Positions 8,373 to 17,049 of a stretch of DNA of 32,000 bases are shown piece by piece. Source of the stretch: Delftia acidovorans NBRC 14950 (GTDB lineage: Bacteria; Pseudomonadota; Gammaproteobacteria; Burkholderiales; Burkholderiaceae_C). Under the pieces are notes generated by a model. The model did no database searches, was not told the DNA's origin, and worked only from the letters and a program-made list of their open reading frames with translations. The translations under genes and the position numbers were made by a program. How positions within the stretch are numbered: position 1 is the stretch's first letter; each line of letters begins with the position of its first letter. The stretch covers positions 30,001 through 62,000 of the forward strand of contig NZ_BCZP01000015.1 of assembly GCF_001598795.1 (NCBI RefSeq), read 5' to 3'.

Positions 8373-10025
8373 CGGCAACCGCAACACCCTCCGATACTGC
8401 ATGGCCTCGGCCACATGCCCGGTCTCCACTGCCGCGCTGCCCGCCAGATCCGCAATGGTGCGCGCCACCTTGAGCGCGCGGTGGGTGCTGCGGGCCGACC
8501 AGCCCAGGCGTGCGGCGGCCTTGTGGGCGAAGGCCAGGGCCTCGGGCGACAGGCCCAGGTGGTCGTCCAGGGCCTGGCCCTGGAGCTGGTGGTTGGCACT
8601 GCCCTGGCGCTGCACGGCCAGCGCGCGGGCCTGGACCACGCGCCCGCGCACGGCCTCGCTGGTTTCGCCCGAGCGCGCGGCCAGCAGCTCCTGCGGGGGC
8701 AGGGCGCCGACTTCCACATGCAGGTCGATGCGATCCAGCAGCGGGCCGCTGATACGCGCCTGGTAGCGCGCCACCTTGTCGGGCGTGCAGCGGCAGCGCT
8801 GCACCGTCGACCCCCAATGGCCGCAGGGGCAGGGGTTCATGGCCGCGACGAGCTGAAAGCGCGCGGGGAATTCGCAGCGCTGGGCGGCTCTGGCGATGGT
8901 GATCTGGCCGGTCTCCAGCGGCTCGCGCAGCGCCTCCAGCGCACTGCGCGCGAACTCGGGGAATTCGTCCAGAAACAGTACTCCGTGGTGGGACTGCGAA
9001 ATCTCGCCGGGACGCGGTGGCGAGCCTCCTCCGACCAGGGCCACGGCACTGGCCGTGTGATGCGGGCTGGCCGTGGGGCGCTGGCGCCAGCGCTCCGGCG
9101 TGAAGCGGCCGGCCAGGCTGGCGATGGCGGCGGCCTCCAGCGCCTCGTCATCGCTCATGGGCGGAAGCAGGTCGGCAAAGCGCTGGGCCAGCATGGACTT
9201 GCCCGAGCCCGGCGGCCCCACCAGCAGCAGGCCGTGGCCTCCGGCCGCAGCGATTTCCAGCGCGCGCCGCGCCTGCGCCTGGCCGCGCACCTCGGCCAGG
9301 TCCAGGCTGCTGCGCACTGGGGCAGCGGGCTGAGGCTGCACCGCATGCCAGCCCGGGCCGGGGCAGGACCGGACATCGCTGGCTGCCGACAGATCGTCGG
9401 TGCTGTCGATGTCATGGGCGCCATCGACTCCATCGGCATCCTCGCCGTTGTCCGTGTCGTCGGCACCGTCCGTGTCCTGCTCCGTCTGCACCAGGGCATT
9501 GGCCGAGCGAGTGATGAAGCGGCGCACCACGTCCAGCAGGTGGTGCGCGCAGAAAACCTGGGCCGACGGCACGAAGGCCGCCTCCTGCGCGCTGCCCGGC
9601 GGCAGCACCAGGCGGGCGCCGTCCTGCTGGCGGTGCAGGGCCAGGGCTGTGGCCAGCGCGCCGCGCACGGGCCGCAGCGCACCCGACAGCGACAGCTCGC
9701 CCGCGAATTCGTAGTCGGCCAGCGCATCGCCATTGATCTGGCCGCTGGCCGCGAGAATGCCCAGAGCAATGGGCAGGTCGAAGCGCCCCGAATCCTTGGG
9801 CAGGTCGGCGGGCGCCAGGTTGACGATGATGCGTTTGTTGCTCGGGAACTCCAGCCCGGAGTTCAGCAGCGCCGAGCGCACGCGTTCACGCGCTTCCTTG
9901 ACCTCGACATCGGCCAGACCCACCAGCGTGAACGACGGCAGGCCGTTGGCCAGATGCACTTCCACAGTGACACGCGGGGCGGCCAGCCCCAGCAGCGCAC
10001 GACTTTGAACCAGGGCCAGACCCAT
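8367..10025 (-). CDS. comM: YifB/ComM-family Mg-chelatase-like AAA+ ATPase
   Basis: ORF 8367..10157 trimmed to ATG 10025 (MGLALVQSRALLGLAAPRVTVEVHLANGLPSFTLVGLADVEVKEARERV...). Lon-like N-domain, Walker A GPPGSGKSML, VLFLDEFPEF, the Cys cluster NPCPCGHWGSTVQRCRC, and a C-terminal ChlI-like tail. Confidence 0.9.
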   Translation of the reverse strand: MGLALVQSRALLGLAAPRVTVEVHLANGLPSFTLVGLADVEVKEARERVRSALLNSGLEFPSNKRIIVNLAPADLPKDSGRFDLPIALGILAASGQINGDALADYEFAGELSLSGALRPVRGALATALALHRQQDGARLVLPPGSAQEAAFVPSAQVFCAHHLLDVVRRFITRSANALVQTEQDTDGADDTDNGEDADGVDGAHDIDSTDDLSAASDVRSCPGPGWHAVQPQPAAPVRSSLDLAEVRGQAQARRALEIAAAGGHGLLLVGPPGSGKSMLAQRFADLLPPMSDDEALEAAAIASLAGRFTPERWRQRPTASPHHTASAVALVGGGSPPRPGEISQSHHGVLFLDEFPEFARSALEALREPLETGQITIARAAQRCEFPARFQLVAAMNPCPCGHWGSTVQRCRCTPDKVARYQARISGPLLDRIDLHVEVGALPPQELLAARSGETSEAVRGRVVQARALAVQRQGSANHQLQGQALDDHLGLSPEALAFAHKAAARLGWSARSTHRALKVARTIADLAGSAAVETGHVAEAMQYRRVLRLPS

Positions 10026-10070
10026 GGGCACCTCGCAGAAACGACAGACACAAAGCCAGACACAAAGGAA

Positions 10071-10096
10071 GAGGCCGCCAGCGGTGCGGCGGCCTC
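10071..10096 (-). terminator. GC-rich hairpin (GAGGCCGCC-N8-GGCGGCCTC) followed on the minus strand by a T-rich tract; possible terminator of the mvaA operon
   Basis: Perfect 9-bp stem read from the sequence. The minus-strand downstream sequence is TTCCTTTGTGTCTGGCTTTGTG. Located between the permease stop (10192) and the comM start (10025). Confidence 0.35.
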
Positions 10097-10191
10097 GGTG
10101 ACCCAGTATGGCAACGGCCTTGGACCTTGTGGGCGGCGGGTGCGGCGCTGCCCCCAAATCTCAGAATGTTCTGACCCTTGCGGCGCAAAAA

Positions 10192-11574
10192 TCAGAACAG
10201 CTTCACCAGCGCCGGAACGCTCAGCACGGCCGTGTAGTAGCCCATGAACTGCACGCCGGTGTTGAAGCCGAAGCCGCGTGACAGCAGGCCGCCGAGCAGG
10301 CCCATGGTCAGGATCACGAGCAGGCCCAGCAACTGGCCTTCCCAGACGCTGATGACGATGATCAGGCCCACGAAGGTGGCGATGATGGCCTCGTGGCTGA
10401 CCCGGCGCGAGACGAACAGCGCCGCGCTGCGCGCGAAGTTCATGGCGAAGGGGTAGGACACGAGGGCCGCCAGCAGCACGGCCAGCATGCCGTATCCCAG
10501 GAACTCCCAGTGGCTGAGCAGGTTGTGCAGGTTGTTCACCTGGCCCGTGGCGGCATCGACGGTGAAGCGCGGCGGCGCGTTGAACAGCGGCGCGGCGGGG
10601 CCGGCGGCCACCGGGCTCAGCGGCAGGCCGAAGGCGATCAGCGGGATCAGCGCCTCGGCGATGTAGGTGGCCTCGGTCACGCCGTTGCGCGCGCTCAGCA
10701 CCGTGGTCAGGCGGTGGTAGGCATGCTTGATGCGCGAGCCCACCAGCTCGCCCAGTACCACGGTCATGGCCACGGGGCTGAAGACGAAGGTGGCGCTGGA
10801 GATGGTGGCCGTGGCCAGGGTCCAGCGCGTCTGCACGCGGTCAAGCACCTTGAGCGGGTTGGGGAAGTAGCCCGACCAGCCCTTCACGTCGGGCGCCAGG
10901 TTGAACTGGCGCACCTTGTCGCGCAGCATGCGCTGGCGGCCGGCCGGCGAGATCACGGTGAACAGGTCGGCGATCAGCGGCCCGATGGCAATGCCCAGGA
11001 AGTAGCTGATGCTGAGCTTGACCTCGTACTTGGCGGTGAGGCTTTGCAGCGCAATGATGACGACCACGAACGGAATCAGCAGCATCACCGAGGCCCAGCG
11101 CCCCGCCGAGAAGTAGGCGATGAGGAGGGCGGCGGCCAGGAAGATCCAGGGCGCCGTCTTGGTGATCATGCTGCCGAAGGGCGCCAGCATCACGGCGAAC
11201 AGCACGGCCAGCGGCACGGCGACAAAGGCCGCGACGATGCCGCCCGAGACCATCTTGCGCAGCGCGATGTGGGGCACGCCCAGCTTGCGCAGCATGTTGG
11301 CGTCCTGCAGCAGCGGCGTGGCCAGCGTGTCGCCGGGAATGCCCAGCAGCGCCGTGGGCACGGCATGCGTCATGTGCTTGGCCACGGCACCGGCCAGGAA
11401 GAAGGTGAACACGCCGGCGGGCGGCACGCCCAGCAGCACCACCAGCAGGGTGAGCGGGGCCAGCGTGGTGGTCTCGTCCGTGCCGGAGACCAGGCCGATG
11501 GCGGCGAACACCACGGCGCCTATCAGTCCCATGGCGGCTGCGACGGCGATGTCATTGGTCAGCAGGGTTTCCAT
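10192..11574 (-). CDS. TctA/DUF112-like polytopic permease (large subunit of a tripartite-tricarboxylate-type transporter)
   Basis: 460 aa, highly hydrophobic with about 10-12 predicted TM segments. Gly/Pro-rich motifs typical of the family (GLVSGTDETTTLAPLTLL, LLGIPGDTLATPLL, PLSPVAAGPAAPLF). GGGAGGG Shine-Dalgarno sits inside the preceding gene, 1 nt after its stop. The family call is from memory and should be confirmed by HMM. Confidence 0.62.
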   Translation of the reverse strand: METLLTNDIAVAAAMGLIGAVVFAAIGLVSGTDETTTLAPLTLLVVLLGVPPAGVFTFFLAGAVAKHMTHAVPTALLGIPGDTLATPLLQDANMLRKLGVPHIALRKMVSGGIVAAFVAVPLAVLFAVMLAPFGSMITKTAPWIFLAAALLIAYFSAGRWASVMLLIPFVVVIIALQSLTAKYEVKLSISYFLGIAIGPLIADLFTVISPAGRQRMLRDKVRQFNLAPDVKGWSGYFPNPLKVLDRVQTRWTLATATISSATFVFSPVAMTVVLGELVGSRIKHAYHRLTTVLSARNGVTEATYIAEALIPLIAFGLPLSPVAAGPAAPLFNAPPRFTVDAATGQVNNLHNLLSHWEFLGYGMLAVLLAALVSYPFAMNFARSAALFVSRRVSHEAIIATFVGLIIVISVWEGQLLGLLVILTMGLLGGLLSRGFGFNTGVQFMGYYTAVLSVPALVKLF

Positions 11575-11575
11575 C

Positions 11576-12001
11576 TCATGCCCTCCCGGCCTTGTCGGCG
11601 AACAGCTCGTAGAGCTTGAGCTCCTTGAGTTCCTGCACCACGGCGGGCGGCAGGTCCTGCACCGTGCCCAGACCGCCGGGCTGGCGGGCCAGTTCCTCCA
11701 GCACTTCGCGGCGCCATTCGGGGTCGTTCGAGGTGTCCAGCTCGGTCACTTCCCGCTTGGGCGGAAAGGCGCGTGCGCAGATCACGCCGGCGATCACGCA
11801 GCCGGCAAGGCCCGCGAGCATGGCGTAGGCGTGGGCCAGCTGGCGCGACTCGACCACCGTGGCCAGCCAGCGGCTGGCCAGGTAGAAGCCCAGCACGCTG
11901 ATGCCGGTGCCGATGGCAATCGCCCAGGCCAGGTGGCGCAGGTCCACGGTGTCGCCCCAGACCTCGGCCAGCCGCCAGTCGGCGGGATCCTTGCTTGTCA
12001 T
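11576..12001 (-). CDS. Small two-TM membrane protein with an acidic soluble C-terminal tail (unknown family)
   Basis: This is the real, C-terminal part of the artefactual 844-aa ORF 11576..14110. ATG at 12001 is preceded by AAGGAGA. Sequence MTSKDPADWRLAEVWGDTVDLRHLAWAIAIGTGISVLGFYLASRWLATVVESRQLAHAYAMLAGLAGCVIAGVICARAF..., then a charged tail (PEWRREVLEELARQ...VVQELKELKLYELFADKAGRA). Confidence 0.6.
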   Translation of the reverse strand: MTSKDPADWRLAEVWGDTVDLRHLAWAIAIGTGISVLGFYLASRWLATVVESRQLAHAYAMLAGLAGCVIAGVICARAFPPKREVTELDTSNDPEWRREVLEELARQPGGLGTVQDLPPAVVQELKELKLYELFADKAGRA

Positions 12002-12042
12002 GTGTGTCTCCTTGGGTTTTTGTTTGTGGGGCCGCGCGCTGG

Positions 12043-13332
<1,290 letters not shown>

Positions 13333-13369
13333 GGAAGACATCTCCTCGGATCAAAACTCTGGTCGCCGG

Positions 13370-13422
13370 ACTGTAGGAAAACTGTACCGCTTTCAAAAGG
13401 TACAGTTTCGGGGAACAGTACC
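13370..13422. promoter_or_regulatory. Four copies of an ACTGTACC-like 8-mer (putative MocR operator array) in the mvaA/mocR divergent region
   Basis: ACTGTAGG 13370-13377, ACTGTACC 13381-13388, GGTACAGT 13399-13406 (inverted) and ACAGTACC 13415-13422. Boxes 2 and 3 are the core of a perfect 10-nt inverted repeat, AAACTGTACC-N10-GGTACAGTTT (13379-13408). Confidence 0.5.
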
Positions 13423-13450
13423 ATCGCACTGCAACATGAACGGAGGGCGC

Positions 13451-14866
13451 ATGGCAGACACCAGAGGGCGCTCGGCCCCCATTGCCGAGAAGCTGGCCGA
13501 CCTGATCGGCCAGCAGATCGCCGACGGCGTGTACCGCCCTGGCGACAAGCTGCCCTCGCTGCGCGAGCTGGCGCAGCTGCACCGCTATGCCAAGAACACC
13601 GTGGTCTCGGCCTTCGATCTGCTGGTCTCGCGCGGCATCGTGGAGCCGCGCCGGGGCTCGGGCTTTTACGTGCTGGGCTCGGGCCGCGGTGCCCAGCGCA
13701 CCGATGAGGACGCGGGCCAGCTGGGCCGCGCCATGGACATCGTCTGGCTGATGCGCGAGCAGCTCAAGACCCAGCCCGACTGCGTGGGCGTGGGCGACGG
13801 CTTTCCGCCCGTGGAATGGCTGGCCGACATGCGGCTGGACCGCTACCACCAGAAGGTGGTGCGCACGGGGCTGGGATCGCTGTTCCGCTACGGCAGCCGC
13901 TACGGCTATGCGCCGCTGCGCGACAGCCTGGTGCGCAAGCCGGGTGACTTCGGCCTGCAGGCCACGCCGGGCCAGCTGGTGCTGACCCACGGCGCCAACG
14001 AGGCCATGGACCTGGTCATCCGCTACTTCGTGCCGCCGGGGGCCACCGTGCTCGTGGACGAGCCCGGCTACTACCCGCTGTTCGGCAAGCTCAGGCTGGC
14101 CGGCGCCCATGTGGTCGGCGTGCCGCGCCTGGCCGACGGGCCCGACGTGGCCGCGCTCGAATCACTGCTGGCCCAGCACCGGCCGCGCCTGTTCTTCACG
14201 CAGTCGCTGGCCCACAATCCCACGGGCTCGGACATCTCGGCCGCCAAGGCCTACAAGGTGCTGCAGCTGGCCGAGCGCCACAACCTGCTCATCGTCGAGG
14301 ACGACCCGCTGGCCGACTTCAAGCCCACCTCGGCCGTGCGCCTGTCCACGCTGGACCAGCTGGAGCGCACCATCTACATCGGCAGCTTCTCCAAGTCCTT
14401 CTCGGCCGCGCTGCGCGTAGGCTTCATCGCCTGCAACGATGCGCTGGCCAGCGACCTGGCCGACCTCAAGGCACTGATCCACGTCAGCGGCTCCGAGTAC
14501 TGCGAGCGCATGGTGGACGTGATGCTGCGCGAGGGCCACTACGAGCGCCACCTGGTGCGCCTGCGCCACAAGCTGGGCCAGGCCACGGCCCAGGCGCTGG
14601 GCTGGCTCGATGCCCACGGCTGCGAGGTCTTTGCGCGCAGCCCGCAAAGCCTGTACCTGTGGGTGGCCTTCCCCGGTGTGCAGGACTCGCTGCGGCTGGC
14701 CGAGCAACTGGTGCCGCGCAAGCTCAGCATGGCGCCGGGCCGTGTCTTCCACGTCGATCCCTCGGCCGTCTCGCGCTGGTCGCGGTGCAACGTCAGCGCC
14801 ATGCTCGATCCGAGGTTCCAGGCCGCGATGGGGCAGGTGCTGGCAGCAGACGGCCGAGTACAGTAA
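13451..14866 (+). CDS. MocR-subfamily GntR regulator (wHTH fused to a PLP-dependent aminotransferase-like domain)
   Basis: ORF 13049..14866 trimmed to ATG 13451 (GGAGGG upstream; ATG 13436 is an alternative). GntR HTH: KLPSLRELAQLHRYAKNTVVSAFDLLVSRGIVEPRRGSGFYV. Fold-type I aminotransferase domain with the PLP-lysine motif YIGSFSKSFSAALRVGF. Confidence 0.9.
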   Translation: MADTRGRSAPIAEKLADLIGQQIADGVYRPGDKLPSLRELAQLHRYAKNTVVSAFDLLVSRGIVEPRRGSGFYVLGSGRGAQRTDEDAGQLGRAMDIVWLMREQLKTQPDCVGVGDGFPPVEWLADMRLDRYHQKVVRTGLGSLFRYGSRYGYAPLRDSLVRKPGDFGLQATPGQLVLTHGANEAMDLVIRYFVPPGATVLVDEPGYYPLFGKLRLAGAHVVGVPRLADGPDVAALESLLAQHRPRLFFTQSLAHNPTGSDISAAKAYKVLQLAERHNLLIVEDDPLADFKPTSAVRLSTLDQLERTIYIGSFSKSFSAALRVGFIACNDALASDLADLKALIHVSGSEYCERMVDVMLREGHYERHLVRLRHKLGQATAQALGWLDAHGCEVFARSPQSLYLWVAFPGVQDSLRLAEQLVPRKLSMAPGRVFHVDPSAVSRWSRCNVSAMLDPRFQAAMGQVLAADGRVQ

Positions 14867-14944
14867 CGCGTTGCCCGAGGAACAGGCCAAGCTGCGCCTG
14901 GATCAGGGTATTCGTATTGATCAGGCGGATGACTGGACGGAAAG

Positions 14945-16054
14945 ATGCGCGGAAACCCATATTTCTTGCTGCTGGCCTGGCTCCTCGCAGCCTGTGCAAT
15001 GGCTCCAGTCCAGGCGGGCCAAACGGACTCATCTTCAATATTGCAGCCCCTGGCGCGCCAGCAAGAGCCATTGGTGGGCAGCTACATGCATGTACTGGTC
15101 ACCATGGAGGTGGCAGGTTCGAGCCAGGCTCTCAAGAAGGGTCCCGAGCCGGCTTTCAGGAGCCAGCAAGAAGAGATTCTTGCTGGGATCGAGGGCGAGT
15201 ACATCCCTGCGGCGGTTTGGCGTGGTGCTGCGGGCCACATGGCTCTCTATGTCACGGATTCCGGACTCAAGAAGCTGTCTGAAAGTGGCTTGGTCAGTGC
15301 GATAAAGCCGGTGGTGGGCAACTTGGATATCTTCGATCCCGATGAGGAGCTCAAGAAGATCGAGCGGGAAATCAGGAAAAAGGGATCTGCCCTGATCAGC
15401 GTGGTGCCCGCATGCGTACAGGGCAAGGAGTCCGCGGGGGGCGCCGCTGGGCCTGACCCCTGCGGAGATATCGAAGTGAGGAAGCGCGCATTCATTGGCT
15501 CTTTGCATCCTGGGCACTTCAAGGGCTTTTGGATGGAGGGAACCATGGCCATGGGCCAGATGTGGGGCAAGGCCTATCCGCAGGGAAATCCGTCCGTCGA
15601 CCTGGATGCACGAATCGAGGGGCTGTACGAACTGAAAAGCAGAAAGGATGTCCTGAGCCTCAATCTGGTCAACAGGGATTTGAAGCGTCTGGATGCCGAC
15701 GTCCATATTCCCCGTGTTGCCTGGCATACCGCCGCTCTGGACTCCTTTCCGCATGGTGCGGGCGCCGTCGTCCGTATCGGCTTGAGGTCCTATCCTGGTT
15801 ATGCACCAAGGATTTCCATGCTCACGGGAACGGAGCTCAGGGAACAGGAGGCGAGCGTACGCCGAGTGTTCATCGAGATCATGGAAGATCTTGAGCCCGG
15901 GTCCACCGAAGCACTTGACCTGAAACCTCAGATGTCTGGCCTTCTTCCGGTCGCAGAAGTACGTCTCAAGCGAGAGTCTTTCTTGCGCATGCATGCACAT
16001 CCGGATCCTCGAATTGCGCGCGTTGACTGGGATACCTGGGTGCCCTTTCCCTGA
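14945..16054 (+). CDS. Hypothetical exported protein, probable lipoprotein (no recognisable family)
   Basis: 369 aa. N-terminus MRGNPYFLLLAWLLAACAMAPVQAG has a lipobox-like LAAC. Codon usage is atypical for the window (AGG, AGA, TTG, ATA, AAA), and hand counts of single 60-nt lines give about 50-55% G+C versus about 70% in neighbours. The signal peptide favours this strand over the antisense ORF 15035..16000. Confidence 0.6.
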   Translation: MRGNPYFLLLAWLLAACAMAPVQAGQTDSSSILQPLARQQEPLVGSYMHVLVTMEVAGSSQALKKGPEPAFRSQQEEILAGIEGEYIPAAVWRGAAGHMALYVTDSGLKKLSESGLVSAIKPVVGNLDIFDPDEELKKIEREIRKKGSALISVVPACVQGKESAGGAAGPDPCGDIEVRKRAFIGSLHPGHFKGFWMEGTMAMGQMWGKAYPQGNPSVDLDARIEGLYELKSRKDVLSLNLVNRDLKRLDADVHIPRVAWHTAALDSFPHGAGAVVRIGLRSYPGYAPRISMLTGTELREQEASVRRVFIEIMEDLEPGSTEALDLKPQMSGLLPVAEVRLKRESFLRMHAHPDPRIARVDWDTWVPFP

Positions 16055-16086
16055 GGCGGGTTTGTCATTGCAACCGGCTCGCCAAC

Positions 16087-17049
16087 TCAGTGTCCGCTGG
16101 CCTGCGCGCGCAGCAGCGCGATGAAGCGCTGCTGCTCCTGCGTGGGCGCGTCATCGGTGCGGGTGAGGATGCCGAAGGGCGCCATGGGCACGTCGATGCA
16201 GACCGGCAGCGCCCTGACCAGGCCCATGCGCAGATAGTCCTTGAGCGCGGATTCGGACAGCAGCATCACGGCGTCGGTCAGTTGCACCAGTTGCTGCATG
16301 GAGTACACCGAGCTGCATTCGATGATGTCGGCGGGCGCGGGCAGCTCCAGGCGCTGCAGCAGCTGGTCGAGCGCGATGCGCGCGGGGCTGGTGGCCGGCT
16401 GCAGTATCCAGGGCCAGTCGCCGACAAGCTCTTGCCAGCCCAGCTTGCGCCGGCGTGTCAGCGGATGGCCGCTGCGCACGACGACCAGCAGCCGCTCGTT
16501 GCCCAGTTCCTCGAAGCTGTAGCTGCTGCTGTGGGCCGCAGGGCTGCGCCGCGCAATGGCCATGTCGATGCGGCGCTGGTCCAGCAGACGCAGCACCTGG
16601 TCGCTGGTGTCGCCCATGATGCGTAACCGCAGCTGCGGGCTTTGCGCCTTCATGCGGGCCACGGCCGTCATCACCAGGTCGGGTGCGGCGCCCATGATGG
16701 TGCCGATGGACAGGTAGCCGTAGCCGCCCTGGCGGCGCGCGGCCAGGTCTTCGGCGCAGCGGTCCAGGCTGTTGAGCGAAGCCTCGGCAAACCGCACCAG
16801 CTGCGCGCCCAGCGCCGTGGGCCGCATGCCGCGCGGCAGGCGCTCGAACAGCTGGCAGCCGAACATGTCCTCGATCTCGCGCAGCATGCGCGTGGCCGCA
16901 GGCTGGGACATGGCCAGGCTCAGCGATGCGCGGTGCAGGTTCAGGCTCGATCCCAGCGCCACCAGCATGTGCAGGTGCTTGTAGCGCAGACGGTTGAGCA
17001 GGCTGCGGTGCAGCACGGGCGGGTCGGATTCGGGCGTGTTCGCAGGCAT
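16087..17049 (-). CDS. LysR-family transcriptional regulator (probable regulator of the rhamnonate cluster)
   Basis: HTH region LRYKHLHMLVALGSSLNLHRASLSLAMSQPAATRMLREIEDMFGCQLFERLPRG plus a LysR substrate-binding domain. Divergent from 17299. Start ambiguous (ATG 17049 or 17094); neither has a clear Shine-Dalgarno. Confidence 0.85.
   Translation of the reverse strand: MPANTPESDPPVLHRSLLNRLRYKHLHMLVALGSSLNLHRASLSLAMSQPAATRMLREIEDMFGCQLFERLPRGMRPTALGAQLVRFAEASLNSLDRCAEDLAARRQGGYGYLSIGTIMGAAPDLVMTAVARMKAQSPQLRLRIMGDTSDQVLRLLDQRRIDMAIARRSPAAHSSSYSFEELGNERLLVVVRSGHPLTRRRKLGWQELVGDWPWILQPATSPARIALDQLLQRLELPAPADIIECSSVYSMQQLVQLTDAVMLLSESALKDYLRMGLVRALPVCIDVPMAPFGILTRTDDAPTQEQQRFIALLRAQASGH

Noticed and set aside
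15035-16000. A 321-aa antisense ORF inside the lower-GC island as an alternative coding assignment.
   Set aside because: It has no signal peptide, motif or sensible start context, and its translation is rich in Arg/His/Gln. The plus-strand ORF has a lipoprotein-type signal peptide and a coherent repeat architecture. The island's coding strand still deserves experimental confirmation.
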